A DNA stretch of 64,000 nt. It comes from Paraspadella gotoi. Taxonomy: Eukaryota > Animalia > Chaetognatha. The notes under the pieces are model-generated. The model ran no database searches, was not told the origin of the DNA, and was given only the letters and a program-made list of their open reading frames with translations. Below, piece by piece: positions 11,301 to 19,342 of the stretch. Positions within the stretch are counted from its first letter, which is position 1, and each line of letters starts with the position of its first letter. A program made the position numbers and the translations under genes. The stretch covers positions 18,368,005 through 18,432,004 of the forward strand of contig CM119268.1 in assembly GCA_051294375.1 (NCBI GenBank), given 5' to 3'.

Positions 11301-13854
11301 CGTGTAACGGTTGTGCGAGATAAGAAAACCTGTGAGTAAAGCATCTGTAGTAGTTTAGTGAGGCCAGGAGGGCGCGGAGATCCTTTTGCGTCTTGATCTG
11401 CTTCAGTTTGATCTCGGCTTGTTCCAGCTTTTCCCTCTGTGGTTTCAGCTTATCCTGCGAGATGCTAAAGCCGAGGATCTTGATGTCGTCCTTCCTTAGT
11501 AGGACGCTTTTTGTCCACTTTAAGACGACGTTTTCTCGTCTACATATTTCCAGGAATTCTCGCAGGCGCTCTGCCATCTCCTCGGGTGATCTCGCTGTTA
11601 GGATGAGGTCGTCGACGTAAATGAGGAAGCTCTTTACGTCTCTTCCGAGGTCCGCGAAAATCTCGTCCAGGATGGCCTGCAGCACGTTTACACTGTTTAC
11701 TCCGCCCATGGGGAGCTTATTCATGTGCCAGTTGTGTCCTGCGCCTGCGAAAGCGGTTACCGGTTTGCATTTGTCCGCCAGATTTACCTGGTGAAAACAC
11801 GCCAGGATGTCGACCGAACATTGTAGTTCGTGGGGTTTGTATTCCTCTAAGATTGAGGCGATTGTCTGTGGCTCTGTCGCAAAGGTTGAGATGTTATCAT
11901 TTACAGCTGATAAGTCGCAGATTAGCCTCCATTGTTTCGCGAATGTTTCATCGTCCATTTGGTCTTGGTCGTTGGCGATGTGATTGGGTTTCTTTATCAA
12001 AAAGGCATTCGAATAAGCTTCTCCAGATGTTCTGGAGACGACTCCAGCTTTCTCGTAGACTTCGAGATATCTTTTGAGGGCTGCCTTCTTCACTGGGCCT
12101 TGATTCACGAATCTTGGTTTTGGTAAGCCTTCTGTCGTGTAGCCAAGGTCGACTCTATAATTCAGGAATCCTTCCTTGCAGTCGTTTATTGATTCCCCAA
12201 AAACGTCTCTGAATTCCCAGACTGTTTCCCAAACTATGGGAGCTTTGTCAATGAGGGATGGGTCAATTTCCTTAAACGGGCGTAGAAATTCGTCCTTCCC
12301 TCGGTCGTCGTGCTTCTGACGTCTCCTTCTTCTCGCTTCTTCTACCGCTTCCAGTTCCGCTTCTGAAGGTGTGTGTTTAACAATCTTCGTTGGCGGTATG
12401 TTTTCTTTGCGTACTCGTCGTAATTTTGGTCTTTCCCCTGTTAAATCTGCCTGGATTGGTCTTGCAATACAGTCCGGATCCAGATTTAAATTCGTCTTGG
12501 CTTCTTCCGTGACGATTAGTTTTGCTTCTCCCCATTCGCCGGGTTCGCCTGGCAGTTCCACCCCTTGTTTTAGGTGCTCGCCTGATACTGTGCACGCCGT
12601 CTCGCCGTCGCGGGATTGTAGGATCCACTTTGCCTCCGCGAGCGACTTCCAGTAAACCCTGGCTGCTCTCACCACGAGGTTCCCCGTCTCGTTCCTTTCT
12701 GCGTAGAGCGGTACCTGTGTTTTCTCGTCAACACACTTTCTTGCAAGCCATCTTGCTGCTTTTAGAGCTGACTGTTTGTCCTTAAAGAGATGCGTAACCG
12801 GTTTTCCCGCCATGTGTGCTACTTGTAGACCTTTCTTTTCGGCTGGGGTGACGATCCACATCTCATTGGCTGGCCCTGGGTCGGTTGTGGCCGTTCCGAT
12901 TATCACGTCCCTGTCCTCTTCGTCTGGGGATATGAAGAAGGTCGTGTCCAGTATCCAATTTTGGAACATGACTCTGAGATTGATGCGGTCTCTGATGACG
13001 ACGTTTCCGTTTCCTGTCGATACCCGGAGTGGTGGGCCGGAGTAGATTTTGCTCGTCATTGACCATTCGTCTACAAACTTCTTCGGGATAGTGTTTATCG
13101 ATGCCCCTGTGTCGTAAAGGCAGCTCGCTGGGGCTCCTCCTACCACTGCTGGGATGTAGCTGTTGCTGTTGAAGTTGATTTTTCTTTTTGTGTCATCCCT
13201 AGGTGGCGGGTCATTTCGTGGGTGGGGCGGATGGGTTTGCAGCGGACTCGTTGGTAAAGGGGGGGGTTCCATTTCACCTTTTGTATCTTCCGGGGTTATT
13301 ATTTCTCGGATGAAGACCTCCGGTTCATGACAACTTATTTCCGCTTTCCTTATCGTTGCCTGGTGTAGGGATTCGCCTTTTGCATCACCGACGATGGAAT
13401 AGGTTGGGTTGTAGATTGCCTTCCTGCATCTTGTGCTTAGGGTGGCCACTCGTGGCCTTAGGCGATTCAGTCGTGACTTTCCTCTCGACTCTGGTGTCAG
13501 CGGCCTTTCTGCCGGTAGTGTGTCGGCGTCTCTACTTTCGGTTTCATCGTCACTTGTTGATAAACTTTCACCTTCGTCTTGCGAGGGTAATTTGTTTCCT
13601 TTCTTTTTGCATAACTTCTTGCATATTTTCAACCTTTTTACAAAAGCTTTCTTTTCATTTAGTGCCCAGTTTTTCCATGGCTGTAGGCTTTCCTTTACTA
13701 TTTCTAGTGCTAATCTTTTCTTTTCACTTTCCTCAAGTGGATTGAAAAGTCTGTGGAGGCGCACTGCGGCTGTTCTTCCAGTAAATTTTAGTGCTGCTTT
13801 CGCGCATTCTTTTAAATGCGTTTGATTTCGTCCCGATGGCATCTCTTTGGCCAT
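8305..13854 (-). CDS. pol: Pol polyprotein (PR-RT-RNase H-[OTU-like, Pro-rich]-integrase), 1849 aa
   Basis: PR: LYDTGAS. RT: WRLICDL, LPMG, IYVDD, ILGFSIS, NYYRCF. RNase H: YADAS, ILETLA, ITDSQ, NPADFLTR. IN: HEKLGH...CDLC, CIDV/FDGA/AER, GPY/F-like YTGPHEI. Domain order and motifs are gypsy-type. Confidence 0.95.
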   Translation of the reverse strand: MAKEMPSGRNQTHLKECAKAALKFTGRTAAVRLHRLFNPLEESEKKRLALEIVKESLQPWKNWALNEKKAFVKRLKICKKLCKKKGNKLPSQDEGESLSTSDDETESRDADTLPAERPLTPESRGKSRLNRLRPRVATLSTRCRKAIYNPTYSIVGDAKGESLHQATIRKAEISCHEPEVFIREIITPEDTKGEMEPPPLPTSPLQTHPPHPRNDPPPRDDTKRKINFNSNSYIPAVVGGAPASCLYDTGASINTIPKKFVDEWSMTSKIYSGPPLRVSTGNGNVVIRDRINLRVMFQNWILDTTFFISPDEEDRDVIIGTATTDPGPANEMWIVTPAEKKGLQVAHMAGKPVTHLFKDKQSALKAARWLARKCVDEKTQVPLYAERNETGNLVVRAARVYWKSLAEAKWILQSRDGETACTVSGEHLKQGVELPGEPGEWGEAKLIVTEEAKTNLNLDPDCIARPIQADLTGERPKLRRVRKENIPPTKIVKHTPSEAELEAVEEARRRRRQKHDDRGKDEFLRPFKEIDPSLIDKAPIVWETVWEFRDVFGESINDCKEGFLNYRVDLGYTTEGLPKPRFVNQGPVKKAALKRYLEVYEKAGVVSRTSGEAYSNAFLIKKPNHIANDQDQMDDETFAKQWRLICDLSAVNDNISTFATEPQTIASILEEYKPHELQCSVDILACFHQVNLADKCKPVTAFAGAGHNWHMNKLPMGGVNSVNVLQAILDEIFADLGRDVKSFLIYVDDLILTARSPEEMAERLREFLEICRRENVVLKWTKSVLLRKDDIKILGFSISQDKLKPQREKLEQAEIKLKQIKTQKDLRALLASLNYYRCFTHRFSYLAQPLHALTLVDKSSFKFEGKHREALETLVSEIKNTPGLNFLNDAKIKNGEYRIYADASTSAMGGLITATANGVEYPLSFHSKSFPDEYKIKHINILETLAFNMMIRKFKGYICGRRVKLITDSQYFKRVMDLQHDRQQLLPTNVLRWITEIRQECHPNEVILVKSEDNPADFLTRFTEQGQITPLDTPFMPAGFNIEGTYEPGYSEDPISGGAWPGHLELRVGGAPTLSVVAATLKIDEKLFRTTFFNFVRKEFEKKRENIKKLYGEPKTKDADTFIRCISAKDWMLGHPELEMLADMIDIRIRILDEDVTTPAGCKFEKTYGTNDQRELKIFRTTTGQASLIADESANLRVANATEKEKKEIKVITKDIINDAITEKWLGPNSNIPYAERLAPPPRQRKKEDLPANTTIIYRIPTTNETQKKPGPPATKPQDETREAAPPTSQIKRPGASGETRTPPRSPMHTAPPSVPPPISPPSTPTKWKTASPPAPQENGTGDIRTAAPPTARNQSPGPERRRHPRADERRRSAWEADEAIEIPPDSTTEASIEVDALDLLEEENQPTQRDSQLLPLIDEVKKWQNEDEDIKSIKTIYKNHGAMGLKAHLMSTQRKALTPTQIFLMKNAEELEITRDDILCVIGYKINTRTTRYVVPKKNLGEVVKKIHEKLGHPGRDRTAYLVSQYVAAPEMVRTCADIVLTCDLCRRTTDEVHLNETDPTPTIALTPWESLCIDVMHLPTSGGISHVVVASDNATAYTWALPIRRADAQNIITALDKNIFLLHGSYLEINFDGATSLNGEEMRSFLDLLDTSGRRTLISRKNSNRAERDIGRIRQALRKAIDDDATAWSKKLPHILLTLNATPITGWKTDMSPHELQFGHKPRLIEAPDEETYEYLSDYAKLRADRQEEAQHKIAEQRRIRNRTSKRVNRFRDPKKLAVGDRVYVRRDLIRTGAAPAANKMKTIYTGPHEILEIKGNHFIVEIAGKRITYHRRRLKAAGGDSPVFKS

Positions 13855-15574
13855 TTGTTTTATTTCATCTGCGGCGTGCTGCGCTAACTGCCGCTTTCAT
13901 CCTTTCCTGGGATGTACTCTGCCTATTTCTGTTTCTTCGATATATTTTCTCTTACTTTTCATGAAATTTAATTTCTTATCAGAGTAAACATTTTCAGCGT
14001 CTCAACAACAAGGAAATCTCTACGTCTGGAATCGAATTTGTTCCTCGGTCTTCCCCTGTAGGATCTGTCTCCCCAACGGCCTTCGTTCCTTTCTTCGCGG
14101 CGTTCCCGGCCGTCATTTCTGGCGCGGTAGTCGCGGTTTGGCTTTTCTCGCCATTTTTCGATCATCCTTCTTCTCGTCCTTCTTTTCCGTTCATCAGGGT
14201 GGCCATGTCCTTGGTGAGCTTTTCCAGTAATTCTCGTGAATTATTCGCTTCCTGTAGCATGGCCCCCTGGTAGAGGGCGCTGGCGCTTTCTGCTGGGTTC
14301 TTATCATTCAATCCTTTCTGCAGGAGGGAGTCGGTGAGGACTTGACGGTCATTATCCTTGACGGAGTTGATGAAACGTCTCCCCTTTGCTTGGTTTCCGT
14401 GGGTCACCAGCCATCCGCGGAGGATCCATTCGATTCGTTTCCCTAGGTCCCTTTTCCTTCCTTTTTCGATGTAGGAGCGGAAATCCATCGCTTCCTGTGC
14501 GATCCCTGGAGCGTAGGGTGTCAAGGCCTTCGTCAGCAGACGTGCGGTGTGCCTTGGGACTGCGCCTCGTTCTCATTCCTCCGGTGCGACGACGTCGAAC
14601 TGCGATATACCTCGTTACCAAGGCGAGGCCTGCTCCGCGTGTACTCCGGTTCGACTTACTTCGACGCGTCCGCCACCTCCGAGGCTGAGATTGATGTTGA
14701 CTCGAAGATGTCGCATAGTCCTTGTAGAGACTACCGCCTATCGGGTCAAGAAGCAGCTGACCTCGTAGTCTCTGGTGATAAGGCTTGGAGTTTTCATCCA
14801 CGTTGTGACGTCGACCCTGCATCTCGCAGGGACTGATAGATCCCTCGTAGGAAATCCTGGGGTTTTCTCGGCTCGTCGTTTCTCTATCTTATCGTGCTGA
14901 TTCTGGGCGTGGCTTCCGCGCGGCTGGGGCATATTCTCGACGGGGAGGGTCGCGGCTATCGTCGCGTATGGTTTCGCGGCTGTAGTCACGCCTCCGTCTA
15001 AATGTTCCGATGTCGCGGTCCGTCTCTCCACGGTCTCCGTCGTCCCGTCGGTCGTCGTCTCCGTCGTTCTCGCAACAAGTTCATTATTTCTGTTATGTTG
15101 CTGTTGTCTTGTTCACCGTGTCTTTTATGATTCCACGGTGTTATGCAACTGTCCGAACTTTTCAGATAATTTATGTTTTCCACCTTGTTGTCGTTACTAG
15201 CGGAGCATTTCTCTGAACCCATTGAGTGATCTCCGCCTTTTCCAGCTGCGACGTTTCGTAGGTTCGTTGAAGTCCAGTTGGTGAGTCGTCCTCCGTGAGG
15301 AGATTTCAACGCGGCCTCCGTGTCCTTGTCGTTTCCCTGCTGTTTTTGTCGTTTACCGTCATTTTGCTGAGTCCGGATGTGACGTCGTTGATGTCGTCGG
15401 CTGCGCGATTGCGCTTTGACTTCCGGAGCCATGATCGACATCCCAGTCGTGGATCGAGGTATGTCCTACCATCATGGATCTTTGCGGACGCGGTAACGGC
15501 TGGTCGGGCGTCGGGGCCGATGGATGCATGTTTTTCTCCGCCATTTCTTTCGTTTCGTTTTTCTTTCCTTTTTG
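13855..15574 (-). pseudogene. gag: gag region broken into overlapping short ORFs
   Basis: Pieces 15359-15601, 14998-15441, 14738-15031, 14352-14822, 14162-14524 and 13968-14165 chain by small frameshifts. They match the decayed copy (RDY.VSCF.DPI.G.L; LGKRIEWIL.GWL). No CCHC knuckle seen. Frameshifts may be assembly errors. Confidence 0.7.
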
Positions 15575-15791
15575 CGTGAGCTTATCGACGGCCTTCGTCA
15601 AGTTTGCCCAAGACGCAGATTTCTTATGACGTCAACTTGGCTGTTCTTCAGAGTTCTTGTTTGTTCGTTGCGCACTTTGTTCGCTTTCGAAAATAACCTT
15701 TTTCCTTGTGGTAGCGGGTCGTGGTTGGCGGCGTGGGGCGATTTCGATTTTCGACGAGTTTAAAATTGTCGATTTTCGAAGTTTCTTTCGC

Positions 15792-15809
15792 ATCTCGTGT
15801 GTGACACCA
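15792..15809 (-). promoter_or_regulatory. Primer-binding site
   Basis: TGGTGTCACACACGAGAT directly after the 5' LTR. The first 8 nt match the tRNA-Leu-type PBS TGGTGTCA; tRNA identity uncertain. Confidence 0.7.
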
Positions 15810-16254
15810 CATCGACGATAACTGAACTGCCGTGATACTAAGAGGAGAAGGAATCTTCGAATAACGAAACAAGAGTTTTATTTCTCAGAATAAAAATGTG
15901 ATCACAAAATAAAGGATGAAATTCTTTTGCTCTTTCTTTGTGAGCCAGAAGAACCAAGTGAAAACAAATTCACATCAAGCTCTATCTCTACTTTTAGTTC
16001 ACGCTCCTAACCCCACTAAGTCCCTGCCTTGTTCCCCATTGGCCCCCGCCCGTATGATCCCTTCTACTCTACTGTGATTGGTTCGTGGTCCAAGTGTGGT
16101 CATAGAGTTTAGGGTAGGTCTTTGTTTGGGCTTTTGGTGAGGTCGCTTGCCCGGCTGCCTCTGCTGCTTCTGCTGCTTCTGCTCCTGCGTATGGTTGGGG
16201 AGGCGAGAAAGAGGAAACAGCAGCCGGCGACCGCGTGGTCAGTGAGCGTTGATG
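15810..16254 (-). repeat. 5' LTR (445 bp)
   Basis: Direct repeat of 5528-5983 with scattered substitutions and 1-nt indels. Confidence 0.92.
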
Positions 16255-16745
16255 ATATCAAGCTTCGTCCACATTTTCCTACCCACACACAAAAGTTCAT
16301 CTCAATCTATCCATCAATTATGATTAATTAGATATTTATTGGTTAAAATAAGTAAAAAGATTTTAGTAAATTCGACTTATGTTTTTTCCATTTAAACTAA
16401 TTCCACTCACACGATTCCATCGAAACTTTATATCCAGCTTTAATCACACACTCCTACTCACAACAAAATTAATCCAATCCAACAGCCAANNNNNNNNNNN
16501 NNNNNNNNNNNNNNNNNNNNNNNNNNNNNNNNNNNNNNNNNNNNNNNNNNNNNNNNNNNNNNNNNNNNNNNNNNNNNNNNNNNNNNNNNTGAAGAGTGCG
16601 ATCTGCAACATCTTTTTTATGTTATCATTATCAACATTGCATAAATTGACTGCACGTTTAGGGGTTCTACAATATATTTTTATAGTTTATTGATCAAAAG
16701 CTGTATTTTTTCTATAATGAAAGAGATCGCATAGAACAAAGTTAC

Positions 16746-17815
16746 CTTTCCTGTGGTAACCTTTCATCTATCATAACAGGTTGGCACATGAAATTAAAAT
16801 GATCTATTTCAAAAGATTCTGGACTTAAATCGTCCTTAATGGCGTTGTTCCAATATAAATATTTGCATTAGACAAAATTTGCTCTTGTGTCAGTTGAATA
16901 TTCACTAATTTTCCTTCAAGGGCCGTTCTCCAAAAATAACCCTGTGAAGAGACAGTAATTATTGTTATATGTTAGTGATAGAACCGTTCAATTTAAGCAG
17001 TCCCTGAGCTTTGGATCAGGCTGTAACACCGTGTTACAGGCGGGTTAAGCGCCCCGTCCTTCTTAACTGCCAGGCGACCACCGGGCTAGAACCCTGGACC
17101 TTTGGGTTGGGGGGCGAATGACTTGCCTCCGGCACCAATGGCCACTGATGAACGGTTGGTGGATTTTAGTGCACCATACATCCCCCCCTTGCGTAGGGAA
17201 AAGTCTGTTGCGTCTCTTCAGTGAATTGTTGGTGGAAAGTTCGTCACCAAGTTGAGGCATGTTGCCTGATGTGTTGTGGGCGGAAAGTGCATCGCCAGGT
17301 GGAGGCATGTCACCTGAAAATGTTGTTGTTGCTGTTGTGTTCGGAAATCGGGCTCACCAATGAAGAAACAGTAATTATTGTTGTATGTTAGTGATAGAAC
17401 CGTTCAATAAAAGCAGTCCCTGAGCTTCGGATCAGGCTGTAACACCGTGTTACAGGCGGGTTAAGCGCCCCATCCCTCTTAACTGCCAGGCGACCACCAG
17501 GCTAGAACCCCGGACCTTTGGGTTGGGAGGCGAATGACTTGCCTCCGGCACCAATGACCGCTGATGAACGGTTGGTGGATTTTAGTCCACCATACCTGTT
17601 TATTTATTGGGCAGGTCAATAGTTTCACTTCCTCATTTTTTGTGAAGTAAACAAACATCTCGTTATCCCTAAAAATTCAGTCGAAAGCGTTAAATTATGC
17701 ATAATTTCCTGTATTATTTTCTGAACATTTTTGGTATTGATTTGAAGGTTAATAAACTGTTCTTATGCTGTTGGTATTTAAAGTTATAGCTGAACCTTCA
17801 ATTATTGAGGCTAGA
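16746..17815 (-). CDS. GAF-coding exon of the PDE-like gene, interrupted by the 16945-17594 element and frameshifted
   Basis: Removing the element and one TSD restores EVKLLTCPINKQGYFWRTALEGKLVNI, followed by FMCQPV. Donor AG|GTAAC at 16746. Confidence 0.6.
16997..17070 (-). ncRNA. Twister ribozyme-like motif (family A 3' LTR)
   Basis: Same fold. L4 TCCAAAGC mismatches the CGG pseudoknot partner at one position, and P2 has a substitution. Confidence 0.6.
17413..17486 (-). ncRNA. Twister ribozyme-like motif, P5-type permutation (family A 5' LTR)
   Basis: GCAGTT-AAG-AGG-GA-TGG-GGCGCT-TAA-CCC-GC-[CTGTAACAC/GTGTTACAG]-C-CTGA-TCCGAAGC-TCAG-G-GACTGC, i.e. P5, P2, catalytic GA, pseudoknot, P1, UAA cleavage site, P3, P4 and the L4 U-NNN-AAGC loop. 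P2 is one nt short. Confidence 0.75.
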
Positions 17816-18223
17816 CATTCTTTAAAAGTTAACTATTAATAATGATTAAAGTTATATTCAACTTTAACATTTAATTTTTAAATTAATGATTAACTTCTGT
17901 CAATTCTTATATTAATTGTATCTTAAAATTGGTATAATTTATTGTTTTAACGTCATTACAAGTACAGTTAAAATGCTGTTTAATATTAATATTTTTATAA
18001 TGGAGTATTACAGTGCTGAACAAAACATTATAAATGACAAATATTTTGACCTAGGGGTGGGACCCTATATCCATAGAAAATTTTAACGTCTTGCCCTGTC
18101 TGAATGATTTGAGATACAATAATAAAATGAGTGGTAAAAGTGTTTTTGGCTTTTTACTTTCATATACAATGAAAAAAATTTAAGCAACTACAAGGCGTCG
18201 TGGATGTTTTCAAAACATTGAGT

Positions 18224-18476
18224 TATGGCAACAGCCGGGTTGCCTGTGATGCATCTCAGTGGGGCATCTCACTGTTGGCTTTGGGGGCTTCCGACCCTCA
18301 GTGACGCCTCCAGTCACTGGCGCGGTTACCCTAGGACGGTCTCGCTTTGCCAACGCAGAGGGAAGTCGTTAGGACTGTGGATGGAACACTACGCCTGGGA
18401 TGGTGTGTTCCCCCTCTGAGCCAATGGATTTGGCTGACGGATGGTGGACGTGAGGCGGTGTGAATATACCGCCACA
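18224..18476 (-). mobile_element. Family B solo LTR (253 bp) carrying a twister ribozyme
   Basis: Perfect TSD GAGT; sense ends TGTGG...GCCATA; 5' hairpin GGCGGT/ACCGCC; empty site in the duplicate copy near 20192. Confidence 0.9.
18274..18354 (-). ncRNA. Twister ribozyme, P5 type (best canonical copy)
   Basis: GTTGGC-AAA-GCGA-GA-CCG-TCCTAGGG-TAA-CCGC-GC-CAGTGAC..GTCACTG-AGGG-TCGGAAGC-CCCC-AAA-GCCAAC. Pseudoknot CCG/CGG; predicted cleavage between 18328 and 18327. Confidence 0.85.
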
Positions 18477-19133
18477 GAGTCGTTTTTTTGTGCGCGCATT
18501 GTATTGCACACGATAAAAGCCATACTTGTTAATATTTTTCACTAGTCGTTTCTGAACATGACAGTGTTATGTCTTATCTTCAATTCACTTCATTTTAAGA
18601 TTTTAATCACTATCCTAGTTATACCTATTTAATATTTATTTTTAGTTCAGGTATATAAGTAAAACAAAATTTTACGAAGATTATAATGAATATGCTTAAA
18701 TTGTCGAATACTTTGTATTTCTTACCTTTTTGACGATTTTATTATGTATTAAGAAATCTTACATGATAAATTTAATTATCTGACAATATCGTTAATAATT
18801 TTTTTGATAAAAGTTAGTTTTATTAAAAATTAAACCATAATAGTAACTTATACAAATCTTACCTGCTTACTTTAATTTTTTTTAACCAAAACACCATGTA
18901 CACCTTACTATACTACATTATTATACTCAAATAAGTGCTTCCAAAAATATTTTTAACTTTTATATATTAGAATGAGATTCAACAGTAAGTATTCAAACAT
19001 TTTTCTTCCAAACCGCGCATCCGTCTGTCCGTCTGGCCACCCTTAGCAAAAAACTCCAATTCCTCGTGATTGGATGGTTGAACCCACACTCCCACAGATG
19101 ATACACATCACCCAACCAAAGAACATGAGAGAT

Positions 19134-19342
19134 TGCAAAGAAAGTAATTATTATTATGTGCTAGTGACAGAACCGTTCAATATAAGCAGCCCCTGAGCTT
19201 CGGATCAGGCTGTAACACCATCCCTCTTAACTGCTAAGCGACCACCGGGCCAGAACCCCAGACCTTTGGGTTGGGAGGCGAAAGACTTGCTTCCAGCACC
19301 AATGACCGCTGATGAACGGTTGGTGGATTTTAGTCCACCATA
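19134..19342 (-). mobile_element. Family A solo LTR with internal deletion removing the ribozyme cleavage site (duplicate at 20842-21048)
   Basis: TSD AGAT; lacks the GGCGCTTAACCCGCC segment. Confidence 0.85.

Larger units (their letters stand above)
5528..16254 (-). mobile_element. Near full-length Ty3/gypsy-like LTR retroelement with env (endogenous retrovirus-like), about 10.7 kb
   Basis: Direct LTRs at 5528-5983 and 15810-16254, TGG-starting PBS next to the 5' LTR, PPT next to the 3' LTR, gene order gag-PR-RT-RH-IN-env. No TSD found. Confidence 0.95.
16945..17594 (-). mobile_element. Family A two-LTR non-autonomous element (TRIM/retrozyme-like), 650 bp
   Basis: TSD CCTG. LTRs 17361-17594 and 16945-17178 with TATGG...CTTCA ends. 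PBS TGGTGAGCCCGA 1 nt after the 5' LTR. PPT AAGGGGGGGA plus TG before the 3' LTR. Internal region 182 bp. Confidence 0.93.

Noticed and set aside
9065-13825. Antisense and alternate-frame ORFs inside pol
   Set aside because: Short shadow ORFs expected opposite a long GC-richer coding frame, with no motifs.
17144-17152. CTGATGA hammerhead-like core on the antisense strand of family A LTRs
   Set aside because: No matching GAAA box or three-stem junction, whereas the opposite strand fits twister well.
17063-17308. 81-aa ORF repeated at 40452-40700 and partly at 28108-28434
   Set aside because: It recurs because the element is repeated, runs from the internal region into the LTR, and has no recognisable domain. 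At most a remnant of a parental pol 3' end.
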